A DNA stretch of 64,000 nucleotides, from assembly GCA_965225625.1 (NCBI GenBank), contig CBDDBH010000022.1, forward strand, positions 66,103-130,102. Direction: 5' to 3'. The position numbers were made by a program, and so were the translations under genes. The notes below the pieces were generated by a model. The model had not been told where the DNA came from, ran no database searches, and saw only the letters and a list, made by a program, of their open reading frames with translations. The DNA is from Gammaproteobacteria bacterium (GTDB lineage: Bacteria; Pseudomonadota; Gammaproteobacteria; JADZEE01). Positions 1-9,842 of this stretch are shown one piece after another. How positions within the stretch are numbered: position 1 is the stretch's first letter; every line of letters starts with the position of its first letter.

Positions 1-1708
1 AGAGCACCATCGCCAGTACCCACCCTTTATCCTCCTGCGGCAGAAACTCGCGTTCCAATTGAGTGAAGAAATAGGCCGATAAACCCAGCGTCGCAACCGC
101 CAGGGCGACGATCCACACACGATGGTTCAGCGACCAGTACAGCGACCGTTCGTAAAAATTGCTCAAACGAGCGAAAGAGCGTTCGAAAAAATTGAACACC
201 CATCCATGATTCTGATCGTTGATGGGTTTCAGCAGCCGGGCGGCCGCGGTTGGGGACAGCGTCAGGGCGACGAATGCCGAGACTATGACGGACACGGTGA
301 GTGCCGCGGCAAATTCGATGAGCAAGCGTCCGGTGATGCCGCCGATAAAGGCAAGCGGCAGGAACACCGCAATCAGCGACAGCGTAATCGTGATGATCGC
401 GAAGGATATCTCGTGCATGGTCACGATCGCTGCGTCGAACGGGCTCATGCCGTTTTCGATGTGTCTATGGATATTCTCCAGTACCACAATGGCGTCATCC
501 ACGACGATACCGATGGCCAGCACCAAGGCGAGCAGGGTAAACAGATTGATGGAATAGCCGAGCAGATACAGAACGCCAAAGGTGGCACACACGGAGATAG
601 GGATCGATAGTACCGGCAGGATGGTTGAGCGCACGTTGCGCAGAAACATGAAGATGGTGATTACTACCAGGGTAAAAGCAATACCTAGGGTCTGGAACAC
701 TTCGCGCACGGCTTTTTCGATATAAATGGACTTATCGTAATCAGTCCGTATTTCGATATCTGCAGGCAAATTCTTGTGCATCTCGGCGATGCGTCGTTTG
801 ACGGTTTTTGCGACCTCGACGGTATTGGCACGAGACTGGCGCACGACGCCCAGACCAATGGAAGGCACACCATTGAAGCGCGCAATCCCCCGTTCGTCCT
901 CGACGCCTTCCTCGGCATAACCGATATCGAGCAGGCGGATTGCGTTGGCGCCCTCCTGGCGGATGATGAGTCGATTGAACTGCTCGACGGACTTGAGCTG
1001 GCCACGCACCTGGATAGTCAGTTCGCGCTCCAGATTTTCAACCCGCCCGCTGGGCAGCTCCACGTTTTGCTCCTGCAACGCCCGCTCGACATCGCCTACC
1101 GTAATACCGCGGGCCGCCATGCGTTCCGCGTCGAGGCGAATGCGAATAGCAAATTTCTTCTCGCCTGCAATGATCACTGAACTTACGCCAGGCACGGTCT
1201 GCAAGCGATCCTTGATGATGTCGTCGGCGATACGGGCGACTTCCGTCAGCGGCAAGGTCTTGCTTGCCACGGAGGCCCACAAAATGATGCCGCCTTCGCC
1301 CTGCTGTTTGCGCACGACCGGTTCATCGATGTCGTCCGGTAGCTGGCCTCGTACTCCGGCGACCCGATCGCGCACATCCTGGGCCGCCAGATCAATGTCG
1401 CGACCCTGAATGAACTCGACATCGATACTACTGACTTCTTCGCGGCTGGTACTCGACAGGATCTTAATTGCCTCAGCGCTACTGATACCTTCCTCGAGCA
1501 CCTCGGTAACCTCGGATTCGACGATCTCGGCGCTGGCGCCGGGGTAAACAGTCAACACGCTGACGATTGTTGGGTCTACGTCAGGCAATTCACGCACCGG
1601 CAGACGCGTCAAGCCAATAATCCCGAAAATAACGAGCGCGAGGCTCATCATCGAGGTCATGACCGGGCGATGTATGCAGATTTCGAAGAACGAACGCGGT
1701 TCGGCCAT
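1..1708 (-). CDS. RND efflux transporter permease (AcrB/CzcA family), 5' portion; gene runs off window start
   Basis: Minus-strand translation from ATG near 1708 reads MAEPRSFFEICIHRPVMTSMMSLALVIFGI..., a typical RND N-terminus (TM1 then large periplasmic loop). No stop occurs before the window edge, which explains its absence from the ORF track. Plus-strand ORFs over it (122..610 etc.) are antisense artefacts. Confidence 0.8.
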   Translation of the reverse strand, partial: MAEPRSFFEICIHRPVMTSMMSLALVIFGIIGLTRLPVRELPDVDPTIVSVLTVYPGASAEIVESEVTEVLEEGISSAEAIKILSSTSREEVSSIDVEFIQGRDIDLAAQDVRDRVAGVRGQLPDDIDEPVVRKQQGEGGIILWASVASKTLPLTEVARIADDIIKDRLQTVPGVSSVIIAGEKKFAIRIRLDAERMAARGITVGDVERALQEQNVELPSGRVENLERELTIQVRGQLKSVEQFNRLIIRQEGANAIRLLDIGYAEEGVEDERGIARFNGVPSIGLGVVRQSRANTVEVAKTVKRRIAEMHKNLPADIEIRTDYDKSIYIEKAVREVFQTLGIAFTLVVITIFMFLRNVRSTILPVLSIPISVCATFGVLYLLGYSINLFTLLALVLAIGIVVDDAIVVLENIHRHIENGMSPFDAAIVTMHEISFAIITITLSLIAVFLPLAFIGGITGRLLIEFAAALTVSVIVSAFVALTLSPTAAARLLKPINDQNHGWVFNFFERSFARLSNFYERSLYWSLNHRVWIVALAVATLGLSAYFFTQLEREFLPQEDKGWVLAMVL

Positions 1709-1747
1709 ACTACCCTGCAGTCTAGATGACGGTGCTCACGAACACGG

Positions 1748-2830
1748 TCAGCCAGGCTGATCCGCGGCATCGGGAACCGCGATTCCATAGCGCTGGGATC
1801 TGGGCGAGATGAGGATCTGACTACCTGGGCCCATTTTCTGCGAGCCCTCGACGACGATGCGCTCGCCCACTTCAAGACCGGTCAGAATCTCGGCGAACCC
1901 GGATAAACGCAAACCCACTTCGACTGGGCGAAACTCCGCGCGTGCATCGGGGTTCATTACCACCACCGAGGCCTGGTCGCCCTGATAGGCGATTGCCTGC
2001 TCGGGTATGACGATGGCCTTGTCACGGGCGCGGAAAACCAGGTCCAGGTTCGCGAACATGCCGGGCTTCAAGCGTCGGTCGGAATTATCGACATAAGCCT
2101 TGACCAGAACGGTACGGCTGCGCTCGTCCAACTGCGGTGACACGAAGAACACCTTCCCGACAAAGTCGTCATCGTAGGCAACAGTGCGAATGGCTATGTT
2201 CTGGTCAACGTCCAGCTGTCCGAGATACCGCTCGGGGACGTTGAACTCAACGTCCAGCGGATGGATCTGCACCAGCGACGACAGCAATTGCCCTACGTCA
2301 ACGAATTGGCCAAGGCTGACCACGCGCTCGCCCATTTGTCCAACAAACGGCGCAACGATGACAGCGTCGTCCATACGCTCATTGGCTAGCCGCAATGACG
2401 CGCGGTTCGCGTCCAAGGTCGAACGGAACTGATCGAATTGTTGCTGCGAGATGGTTTTCTTGGCGAGTAGAGATTTGCCGCGCTCGAAATCATTTTTCGC
2501 CAGCTCAAAGCGTGCTTTGGCCTCTGCAACCTGCGCCTGCAACTTGGCATCGTCAATGCGGAATAGCACCTGTCCAGCTTCAACCGACGCGCCTTCAGTA
2601 AATCCGATATATGCGATCTTGGCTTCGATTTCACTGCGGATATTGATGAACTCTTTCGCCGCCAGATTGCCCACGAGCGCCAGCGTCTCTTCCAGGGGTT
2701 CGTGTTTGACCAGCGCAACGACGGCCTGCACCGGGAACTCACCCCCTGGCCCCTCCTGTGCGGGCGGCTTGCCGCAACCAGCGGTGGCGAGCGCTGTAAT
2801 GAACAGCCATCTCAGGTATTTTGACTTCAT
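1748..2830 (-). CDS. RND efflux periplasmic adaptor (membrane fusion protein, HlyD family) lipoprotein
   Basis: Lipoprotein signal MKSKYLRWLFITALATAGC, coiled-coil and beta-barrel MFP architecture. Sits directly upstream of the RND permease with a 40 bp gap; the likely start is the internal Met at 2830. Confidence 0.8.
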   Translation of the reverse strand: MKSKYLRWLFITALATAGCGKPPAQEGPGGEFPVQAVVALVKHEPLEETLALVGNLAAKEFINIRSEIEAKIAYIGFTEGASVEAGQVLFRIDDAKLQAQVAEAKARFELAKNDFERGKSLLAKKTISQQQFDQFRSTLDANRASLRLANERMDDAVIVAPFVGQMGERVVSLGQFVDVGQLLSSLVQIHPLDVEFNVPERYLGQLDVDQNIAIRTVAYDDDFVGKVFFVSPQLDERSRTVLVKAYVDNSDRRLKPGMFANLDLVFRARDKAIVIPEQAIAYQGDQASVVVMNPDARAEFRPVEVGLRLSGFAEILTGLEVGERIVVEGSQKMGPGSQILISPRSQRYGIAVPDAADQPG

Positions 2831-2963
2831 GCCGGAACGTGCTGCGGGTGGGAGCAAGGGCACCGTATTCTACGCCGTTTTGTGCGCCGCAGCGATTTCT
2901 AGCCCGCGGGCACGGCGTTTCCAATGATCACCGTTGATCGAAGCTGTCTTTGGCTCTTGAAAC

Positions 2964-3019
2964 TACCCCTCACTCCAAACCCCTCGCCCCTTGCGGGCGA
3001 GGGGTTTGGAGTGAGGGGT
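2964..3019. terminator. 24-bp perfect-stem hairpin (CCCCTCACTCCAAACCCCTCGCCC ... GGGCGAGGGGTTTGGAGTGAGGGG) after the epimerase gene
   Basis: Perfect inverted repeat read directly in the sequence between two co-directional minus-strand genes. Confidence 0.5.
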
Positions 3020-3023
3020 CCTT

Positions 3024-3428
3024 CTAAGCCTGTTCAATCTCTATCAAGGTGCCGCAGAAGTCCTTGGGATGCAGGAACAGCACTGGTTTGTCGTGCGCGC
3101 CAGTCGCCGGCTCGCCGCTGCCGAGAACTCGGGCGCCGGTGGCCAGAAGTTGATCGCGGGCCTGGAATATGTCGTCAACTTCGTAGCATAGATGATGTAC
3201 CCCACCGGCCGGATTGCGTTCAAGAAAGCTCGCAATCGGCGAGCCCGTGCCGAGTGGATGCAGCAGTTCGATTTTGCTGTTCGGTAATTCGACGAACACG
3301 GTGGTGACGCCATGCGCCGGCAGCGCCAGCGGCGCCGATACTGACGCACCCAGGGTTCCCCGGTAAAGTTCCGCCGCCGCGGCCAGATCCGGCACTGCAA
3401 TGGCAACGTGATTGAGGCGTCCGATCAT
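3024..3428 (-). CDS. mce: methylmalonyl-CoA epimerase (VOC/glyoxalase fold)
   Basis: MIGRLNHVAIAVPDL ... HHLCYEVDDI motifs typical of methylmalonyl-CoA epimerase; 134 aa. Confidence 0.7.
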   Translation of the reverse strand: MIGRLNHVAIAVPDLAAAAELYRGTLGASVSAPLALPAHGVTTVFVELPNSKIELLHPLGTGSPIASFLERNPAGGVHHLCYEVDDIFQARDQLLATGARVLGSGEPATGAHDKPVLFLHPKDFCGTLIEIEQA

Positions 3429-3570
3429 TGTCGTGTGCTGCTATGCGGTTTAGTTTCCGCACCGATCGTAATCAGCACCAGGCATCTTGTCATTGGGAAC
3501 TGCATATTTATTTCTCTCGCCCGTTGCTCGATGCTATCGTACTCCAACGCTGTTTCGAGATCTCGACACG

Positions 3571-4662
3571 ATGACCATCCGATATTTACCGCTGCGAGGC
3601 GGAGCGCGCGAACGCGGACAGCTGCATGGTACGGCCATGCGTGAACCGATCGCGGCCTTGCTGCAGCGTTGGGACGCGCATGTGCGCAAGACGGTTGGTC
3701 TCTCTCTCGACCATTATGTCCGGCGTTTCCTGCAGGATTGTGACTATCTGACCGCGACCGAACAGCAGGCGCCGCATCTCGTCGAAGAAGTGCGGGGCAT
3801 CGCCGACGGCGCACACGTCGCCTTTGATACCGCGTTCGCATTGCAAATTTCCCTCGATGAACACTGGCATCACTTACGTGCCTTGGAGATGGAGCGGCCG
3901 CTTGCCGTTGCTGAGCGCTGCAGCGCGTTTGCCGTGCAGCAGCCCGGTCGTTCAACGATCATCGGCCAGAATCAGGATCTGCCGGATTATCTCGACGGTG
4001 CGCAGGTGTTGCTCGATGTTGACGATCGCGACCACGATGTCCGCACATTGCTGCCGTCATTCGCGGGCTTCATCGGTTTGCACGGTGTCAATGATAAAGG
4101 CGTAGCCGTTTGCGTAAATACCATGTCACAGCTGGCCCGCCGGACGCAGGGTATGGCGAGTACGTTCGTGATCCGCGCGCTGCTTGAGCGCCACAGTTTT
4201 GATGATGCCGTGCAGTTCGTAAAATCTGTGCCCGGCACGGTCGGACTAAATTACGTCATTGCCGATGCTGACGCGGTCATTGATTTAGAAGTGTCCGCGA
4301 ATCAAGTCGTAGAAACGAGGCCACATCCCCGGCGCGTCTTTCACACCAATCATCCGCTGGCGAACGCGGATCTGCACGTACCCGAGGACGTTGAGCAGGA
4401 TCGCGCAATCGACGTTGCCGGTACCACCCGGCAACGCCTGCAGGTGTTGGACCGGGAGCTGAATAACGACGTATCTTTTGATGTGAAACGTGGCAAAGAG
4501 TTGCTGGCCTGCCGGGACGCTTTTGTCTGTCGCCATCACGAGGACCCGATCCCGGCTTTCACATTTACCAGCGCTGTGATGGAACTGGATGCGCCGCCGG
4601 TGATGCATATCGCCGCGGGCCCGCCGACGCACAATGCGTTTGAACGGTTCACTTTCAATTAA
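3571..4662 (+). CDS. C45-family Ntn-hydrolase (acyl-CoA:6-APA acyltransferase-like peptidase/acyltransferase)
   Basis: Contains a CSAFAV-type Ntn nucleophile motif and has C45 family size. The start is ambiguous; the ORF opens at 3487 and the first plausible Met is at 3571. Confidence 0.5.
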   Translation: MTIRYLPLRGGARERGQLHGTAMREPIAALLQRWDAHVRKTVGLSLDHYVRRFLQDCDYLTATEQQAPHLVEEVRGIADGAHVAFDTAFALQISLDEHWHHLRALEMERPLAVAERCSAFAVQQPGRSTIIGQNQDLPDYLDGAQVLLDVDDRDHDVRTLLPSFAGFIGLHGVNDKGVAVCVNTMSQLARRTQGMASTFVIRALLERHSFDDAVQFVKSVPGTVGLNYVIADADAVIDLEVSANQVVETRPHPRRVFHTNHPLANADLHVPEDVEQDRAIDVAGTTRQRLQVLDRELNNDVSFDVKRGKELLACRDAFVCRHHEDPIPAFTFTSAVMELDAPPVMHIAAGPPTHNAFERFTFN

Positions 4663-4676
4663 CCTATGGTGATTAC

Positions 4677-5372
4677 ATGATCCGACTGCACCTTTTTCCG
4701 CCTTGGAATGGCGTTCAACCGTCGCCGCCGTGTGGCAAAGTCGAGGCTTACTTGACGCTCGCCGGACTGCCGTTCGAGCGCGTCGAGAGCTGGGACATGG
4801 AGTCGGCACCCAAGGGGAAGCTGCCGTATATCGAGGACGGTGAAACCGTGGTGCCGGATAGCTGGTTCATAGTCAACTATCTCAAAGCCACGTACGGTGA
4901 CCCGTTGGACGGGGGTTTGACGCCCGAGCAGCAGATGTTGAGTCACGCTTTGGGTCGGGTGCTCGACGAAAGTCTTTACTTCGCGATTGGATATTGGCGG
5001 TGGCTGGACGATGAGGGTTATGAAATTGCCAAGCAGGCTATGTTTGGCGCACTGCCCAGCGCGGAGCGCGATGCGGCAGCCAACGGCGTGCGCGAAAAAG
5101 CACACAACATGATGCACTACCAGGGGTACGGTCGACATAGCGCAGATGAATTGCTGGAGCTGGTCGAGGCCGACATGCAGGCTCTGGAAACTGCGCTGGG
5201 TGATAAGAAATTCCTGCTCGCCGATACACCCACAAGCGTGGACTGCGGCGGATTCGCGATCATCGAAAATACACTGAATAGCCCCGTATCGCCGCGATTG
5301 GGCCAGGTTACGCGAAAGCACCCGACGCTGCTCGCCTACCTGGAGCGCATGCGGAACCGGCTAACTGGCTAG
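4677..5372 (+). CDS. glutathione S-transferase-like protein (metaxin/GST N+C domains)
   Basis: Thioredoxin-like N-terminus with a C-terminal helical GST domain; 231 aa. Confidence 0.55.
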   Translation: MIRLHLFPPWNGVQPSPPCGKVEAYLTLAGLPFERVESWDMESAPKGKLPYIEDGETVVPDSWFIVNYLKATYGDPLDGGLTPEQQMLSHALGRVLDESLYFAIGYWRWLDDEGYEIAKQAMFGALPSAERDAAANGVREKAHNMMHYQGYGRHSADELLELVEADMQALETALGDKKFLLADTPTSVDCGGFAIIENTLNSPVSPRLGQVTRKHPTLLAYLERMRNRLTG

Positions 5373-5508
5373 CCCGTAACCGGGATTGCGTATTGCCGTT
5401 GCACTACTGGGGTGCGTTGTTAGAATAGGCGCCCAAGAACAGTGCGCCGCCTAGCCCGCTTCTTTTCTTAAATCGTTGTAAAACCAACTCGGTGTCCGTA
5501 TCAGGGCA

Positions 5509-5524
5509 TGGCACGGGTTGTGCA
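5509..5524 (+). promoter_or_regulatory. sigma54 (-24/-12) promoter candidate TGGCACGGGTTGTGCA upstream of glnA, with NtrC-like half-sites TGCAC-N7-GTGCG near 5399-5415
   Basis: GG and GC elements fall at canonical spacing ~120 bp upstream of the glnA start. glnAp2-type promoters are sigma54/NtrC dependent. Confidence 0.4.
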
Positions 5525-5642
5525 ACGGCATTGGGTTCGGCGAAGCTATACATGACATTGGCAACCGCGCAAACCCGACGGTGGGTGCGTGCCGGAGCTT
5601 GGTAATTGAGAGGATGAAACTCTAGTAGAGGAGGTGTGCAGC

Positions 5643-7055
5643 ATGTCGTTAGCCAAACTTAAAGACCTGATAAAGAAAAACAATATAAAAATGGTCGACT
5701 TCCGGTTTGTCGATCTTCCCGGTTTGTGGCAGCACTTTTCGACCACAACGGATGAGATCAATAAAGGGCTGTTTGATGAAGGCATCGGCTTCGATGGTTC
5801 ATCGATACGTGGCTTTAAGGAGATCCAGGAATCCGACATGGTGCTGCTCCCGGATGTCGATACGGCGTTTGTCGATCCGTTCTTCGATCACCCGACGCTG
5901 GTGCTTCAGTGTGATGTTATGGAGCCAGGCTTGAAGCCCTATGCACGCAGCCCTCGTCAGGTCGCGAAAAATGCCGAGAATTATTTGAAGTCCACCGGGA
6001 TTGCGGACACTTGCTACATCGGTCCTGAACCCGAGTTCTTTGTGTTTGATGATGTTCGTTTCGAGCAAAATGCCAGCACGGGTTTTTACGCCATTGACTC
6101 TTACGAGGCGGCGTGGAATTCGGGTCGTGACGAAGAACCGAATCTGGGATATAAGCCGCGACATAAGCAGGGCTACTTCCCGGTTCCACCGCACGACACA
6201 TTGCAGGACCTGCGTACCGAAATGGTACTCAACATGGTGGCCGCGGGGATCCAGACCGAGGTTCATCATCACGAAGTTGCGACTGCCGGCCAGTGCGAGA
6301 TCGACATGCGCTACGACTCGTTGCTTAAGATGGCCGACAAATTGATGATCTTCAAGTACATGGTGAAGAACACCGCGCGCCGTTACGGTCAGGTTGCGAC
6401 GTTCATGCCCAAGCCGATTTTTGGTGATAACGGCAGCGGTATGCACGTTCATCAGTCGCTATTCAAAGGCGGTAAGAACCTGTTTTTCGCGAAGTCAGGT
6501 TATTCCTTGACGTCGAAAGTGTGCCAGTGGTACATCGGCGGGTTGTTAAAGCACGCGGGCGCCCTCATGGCCTTCGCCGCACCGAGTACCAACTCCTATA
6601 AACGACTGGTCCCTGGATTCGAAGCGCCGGTCAATCTTGCGTACTCTGCTCGAAACCGCAGTGCCGCGGTGCGCATTCCGGTCTACAGCGAGGCGCCGAA
6701 TGCCAAGCGCATCGAGTTCCGCCCGCCGGATCCATCTGCCAATCCGTTCTTGTTATTTCCGGCATTACTGATGGCTGGCCTTGATGGTATTGCCAACAAG
6801 ATCGATCCGGGCGATCCCATCGATCAGAACATGTACGATTTACCGGCGAGTATCCGGCGTAAAATCAAGACAGTTCCGGAGTCGCTCGGAGCGTCCTTGG
6901 ATGCGCTGGGAAACGACCATGAGTTTCTGATGTCCGGTGATGTGTTCTCGCAGGATCTGATCGATACGTGGATCAGCTACAAGCGGGACAACGAAGTTCA
7001 GGAAGTGAATCAGCGCCCGCATCCCTGGGAGTTCTATTTGTATTTCGACTGCTGA
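5643..7055 (+). CDS. glnA: glutamine synthetase type I (adenylylatable GSI-beta)
   Basis: MSLAKLKDLIKKNNIKMVDFRFVDLPG N-terminus and GS catalytic motifs; the adenylylation tyrosine context NMYDLP is present. GGAGG RBS lies 9 nt upstream of ATG 5643. Confidence 0.92.
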   Translation: MSLAKLKDLIKKNNIKMVDFRFVDLPGLWQHFSTTTDEINKGLFDEGIGFDGSSIRGFKEIQESDMVLLPDVDTAFVDPFFDHPTLVLQCDVMEPGLKPYARSPRQVAKNAENYLKSTGIADTCYIGPEPEFFVFDDVRFEQNASTGFYAIDSYEAAWNSGRDEEPNLGYKPRHKQGYFPVPPHDTLQDLRTEMVLNMVAAGIQTEVHHHEVATAGQCEIDMRYDSLLKMADKLMIFKYMVKNTARRYGQVATFMPKPIFGDNGSGMHVHQSLFKGGKNLFFAKSGYSLTSKVCQWYIGGLLKHAGALMAFAAPSTNSYKRLVPGFEAPVNLAYSARNRSAAVRIPVYSEAPNAKRIEFRPPDPSANPFLLFPALLMAGLDGIANKIDPGDPIDQNMYDLPASIRRKIKTVPESLGASLDALGNDHEFLMSGDVFSQDLIDTWISYKRDNEVQEVNQRPHPWEFYLYFDC

Positions 7056-7062
7056 TCTGTAG

Positions 7063-7098
7063 CTGGCGGCGGCGCGGTAGCGTCGCCGCCGCCTTTTT
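7063..7098 (+). terminator. Rho-independent terminator of glnA (GGCGGCGGCGCGGTAGCGTCGCCGCCGCC + TTTTTCT)
   Basis: GC stem followed by a T-tract immediately after the glnA stop. Confidence 0.75.
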
Positions 7099-7120
7099 CT
7101 GCGCCGCCTGATGCTATCCT

Positions 7121-8440
7121 GTGAAGGTGGTTGACTCTCTGAAACGCTGCATTGCCGGTGCGCCTGATCCGGAAAAGGCGGCCAACGCCGTTGACAGTCT
7201 GAATGCAGATCCAATCGCCCGTCGGCGCCTGCAGAAACTTTCCGCTGAAGCCCGCAAGACACTTGTTCAGGTACTCGGTCTATCCAATTTCCTGTTGAAT
7301 TTTCTGTGCCGACATCCCGAGGCGGTATCGCTGGTGGGAAAACGTCCCAGCAAGAGTTTCCGGGGAAAACCGGGCGCAACCACGCTCGCAGCGCTGTATC
7401 GCTACAAGTATCGTGAACTGTTCAAAATCACCTGTCTGGATTTCGCTGGCGGCGACGACTACGAAAGCGTATTGGCGGCGTTGAGCGACACCGCAATAAG
7501 CGTGATGCAGGCAGCACATACGCTGGTCGGCGGCGAGGACGATCACGCGCTCACTAAACACGTTGTTGCCAATCTTTGTTGCCTGGGCATGGGTAAGCTG
7601 GGTGCGCACGAGCTCAACTACAGCTCGGATGTTGACCTGATGTTCATCTACCCAAACGAAGCGGAGATCCCTTTTGACTTCGAGGATTTTCATGTTGCAA
7701 GCGTACGCCATATTCGAAAGTTCTCGCAGGTGCTCGAACAAACGACCGAGGAAGGGTTTCTTTACCGGGTCGATCTGAAGCTCAGACCGTGGGGCATAGA
7801 CGGACCGCTGGCGATGTCTATCGACGACATGGAGCGCTATTACGAGGAAAGCGCCGATCACTGGGAGCGCATTGCCTGGATCCGCGGCAAACCGGTTGCC
7901 GGTGATCTGGCGTTGGGCGAGCAGTTGGTGCAACGACTGCAGCCATTCATTTACAGGCGCGCGCTGGGATTTGATGACATCGACCGCTTGTTGGATATAA
8001 AGAGTCAAATGGCGCGTATGCGCGAACGCGCGGATCGATGGAACGTCAAACTGGGTCCGGGCGGGATCAGGGACGTGGAGTTCTTTGCGCAGATACTGCA
8101 ACTGCTGCACGGCGGCAGCGAGCCGTCATTGCGAACGCGTAACACGGTAGATACGCTGGCCAATCTGTCGGAACTGGGATTGATCGAAGACGCTGATGCG
8201 CAGCAGTTGCGGGTGACGTACCTGTTTCTTCGTCGGCTTGAACATCGTGTGCAGATCCGCGATGAACGTCAGACCCACGACTTACCTACCAAGCGCCAAG
8301 AACGATTGGTCTTGGCGCGGTCATTAGGTAATCCCGAAGAGTCCGATGACGTCGTGCTTGATAAGTTCGAGGAAGAACTTGCGTTTCATCAAATGGTCGC
8401 TCGCTCGTTTTTCGAGCGTGTACTTCCGGCACAGAGCTGA
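7121..8440 (+). CDS. glnE: glutamine synthetase adenylyltransferase, N-terminal (deadenylylating, AR) nucleotidyltransferase domain; separate ORF
   Basis: GMGKLGAHELNYSSDVDLMFIYP nucleotidyltransferase motif; GTG start after the glnA terminator. The ORF ends in the AR/AT interdomain linker region. Confidence 0.8.
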   Translation: MKVVDSLKRCIAGAPDPEKAANAVDSLNADPIARRRLQKLSAEARKTLVQVLGLSNFLLNFLCRHPEAVSLVGKRPSKSFRGKPGATTLAALYRYKYRELFKITCLDFAGGDDYESVLAALSDTAISVMQAAHTLVGGEDDHALTKHVVANLCCLGMGKLGAHELNYSSDVDLMFIYPNEAEIPFDFEDFHVASVRHIRKFSQVLEQTTEEGFLYRVDLKLRPWGIDGPLAMSIDDMERYYEESADHWERIAWIRGKPVAGDLALGEQLVQRLQPFIYRRALGFDDIDRLLDIKSQMARMRERADRWNVKLGPGGIRDVEFFAQILQLLHGGSEPSLRTRNTVDTLANLSELGLIEDADAQQLRVTYLFLRRLEHRVQIRDERQTHDLPTKRQERLVLARSLGNPEESDDVVLDKFEEELAFHQMVARSFFERVLPAQS

Positions 8441-9782
8441 GCAGGACGCAGGCAGCGTGATCGCAAACAGTTTAGAGGATGCAATTCGCGCGGCCTGGCG
8501 ACCGGATGTTGCACGGGCGAGCATCGAGCGCTGGCAAACCGTGTGTGAGCAGGAAGGTTGGACGAGTTGTCCTCGGAATCTGCCGTTGTTAGCTACTGTG
8601 TTTGGTGCGAGTTGGTATTTCACACGCTACATATTCTTTCGCGGACGCGCCGTGGCACGGCTTTTCGATCGCAAGCGCATGCCCAGTTTTACCGAAGCCG
8701 CCATAGGTCAACGTCTGCGCCGGCTCGCCGGCAAGGGTCGCTACGATGATCCGATGGATCCGCTGCGGGCTGCTAAAAACGAAATCATGCTGGAGATTTT
8801 GATCGCGGATCTTCAAGGTCAGCTCGATCAAGAGAGGATGGAACGCGCGGTGACTAACCTTGCCGAGAGCGCGCTGAGATTGGCGGCAGAGATTGTTGCC
8901 AGCGCTGGCAACAAACGGGCAGCTAGCGATCTGGCGGTGCTGGGCATGGGGCGCCTTGCTGGTTTCGAAATGAATTATGGCTCAGATCTGGATCTCATCT
9001 TCCTGGCACTGAGCGAATCGGACGCGCGCTTTGCCGGCATCTCCCGTAACGGCCGGCAGCTGCTGCACGCGGTGAGCGAAGTTACAGCGCTGGGGCAGCT
9101 TTATCCGATAGATATGCGTCTGCGCCCGCACGGTACGGCGGGTATTCTGGTGACCGAGTTGTCGGCGTTGGTCGCGCATCATTGCGATGAGCGCGATATC
9201 TGGGAGCGACAGATGATGACCCGATGTCGGGTCTTATTGGATCCCGGACAGCGTGTGGGAAAAGGCCTGCAGAAAATTCGTTCGGCGGTATACGGACACT
9301 ATCCACGGGGCGGCCTGGCACTGGCGATTCGGGAGATGCGCGCACGGGTTGAACGCGAATTGGGCAGCCCCACCGGAAAATACGATCTCAAGAAAGGTTA
9401 TGGCGGTATTATGGACATTGATTTCCTCACTCATTATCTACAGCTTGCTAACGGTGAGGAGTTACCCGAACTACAAACCGCCAGTACCCGTCAGGCGCTG
9501 CGTACAGCGAGCGCCTGCGGATTGATCGACGAACTTTTGGCGGTTCGCCTGTTGCAGGCCTACGATTTTTTGAAAACGACTGAAGGGCGTCTGCGTGTAT
9601 TTGATATGAAGCCCGAGCACATGTTTGCCCGCGAGGGAAAAGAACTGGTGCCACTGGCGCGTTCGATGGATTCCTCGCCGGTAGAGGAGGACGACGCAAC
9701 TGCCGCGATAGAGCGCTTTATCGAAAAGTATCGACGCACCACAGGATTTGTCCGCGAGAGCTTTGACGAAGTCGTCCAGTGA
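8346..9782 (+). CDS. glnE: glutamine synthetase adenylyltransferase, C-terminal (adenylylating, AT) domain; ORF in a different frame
   Basis: Second GlnE-type NT motif LGMGRLAGFEMNYGSDLDLIFL. Homologous sequence begins about 8440; a possible GTG restart at 8457 follows AGGA. The overlap 8346-8440 in this frame looks non-coding. Confidence 0.75.
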   Translation: MTSCLISSRKNLRFIKWSLARFSSVYFRHRAEQDAGSVIANSLEDAIRAAWRPDVARASIERWQTVCEQEGWTSCPRNLPLLATVFGASWYFTRYIFFRGRAVARLFDRKRMPSFTEAAIGQRLRRLAGKGRYDDPMDPLRAAKNEIMLEILIADLQGQLDQERMERAVTNLAESALRLAAEIVASAGNKRAASDLAVLGMGRLAGFEMNYGSDLDLIFLALSESDARFAGISRNGRQLLHAVSEVTALGQLYPIDMRLRPHGTAGILVTELSALVAHHCDERDIWERQMMTRCRVLLDPGQRVGKGLQKIRSAVYGHYPRGGLALAIREMRARVERELGSPTGKYDLKKGYGGIMDIDFLTHYLQLANGEELPELQTASTRQALRTASACGLIDELLAVRLLQAYDFLKTTEGRLRVFDMKPEHMFAREGKELVPLARSMDSSPVEEDDATAAIERFIEKYRRTTGFVRESFDEVVQ

Positions 9783-9842
9783 CGTCGCCGGACAGATTTT
9801 CAGCGGTACTGGTTGGTTGGTAGGCCCGGGTCACCAACGGCT

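Noticed and set aside
122-1409. Plus-strand ORFs (122..610, 219..557, 776..1180, 945..1409) at the window start
   Set aside because: They lie antisense to a clear RND permease reading frame on the minus strand with typical RND N-terminal sequence. High-GC antisense ORFs are expected artefacts.
4659-5321. 220-aa minus-strand ORF over the GST-like gene
   Set aside because: Antisense to a GST-fold CDS with recognisable motifs; no start context.
5799-6452. 217-aa minus-strand ORF inside glnA
   Set aside because: Antisense to an unambiguous glutamine synthetase gene; no motifs.
7280-8110. 276-aa minus-strand ORF inside the glnE N-terminal domain
   Set aside because: Antisense to the GlnE nucleotidyltransferase domain; high-GC artefact.
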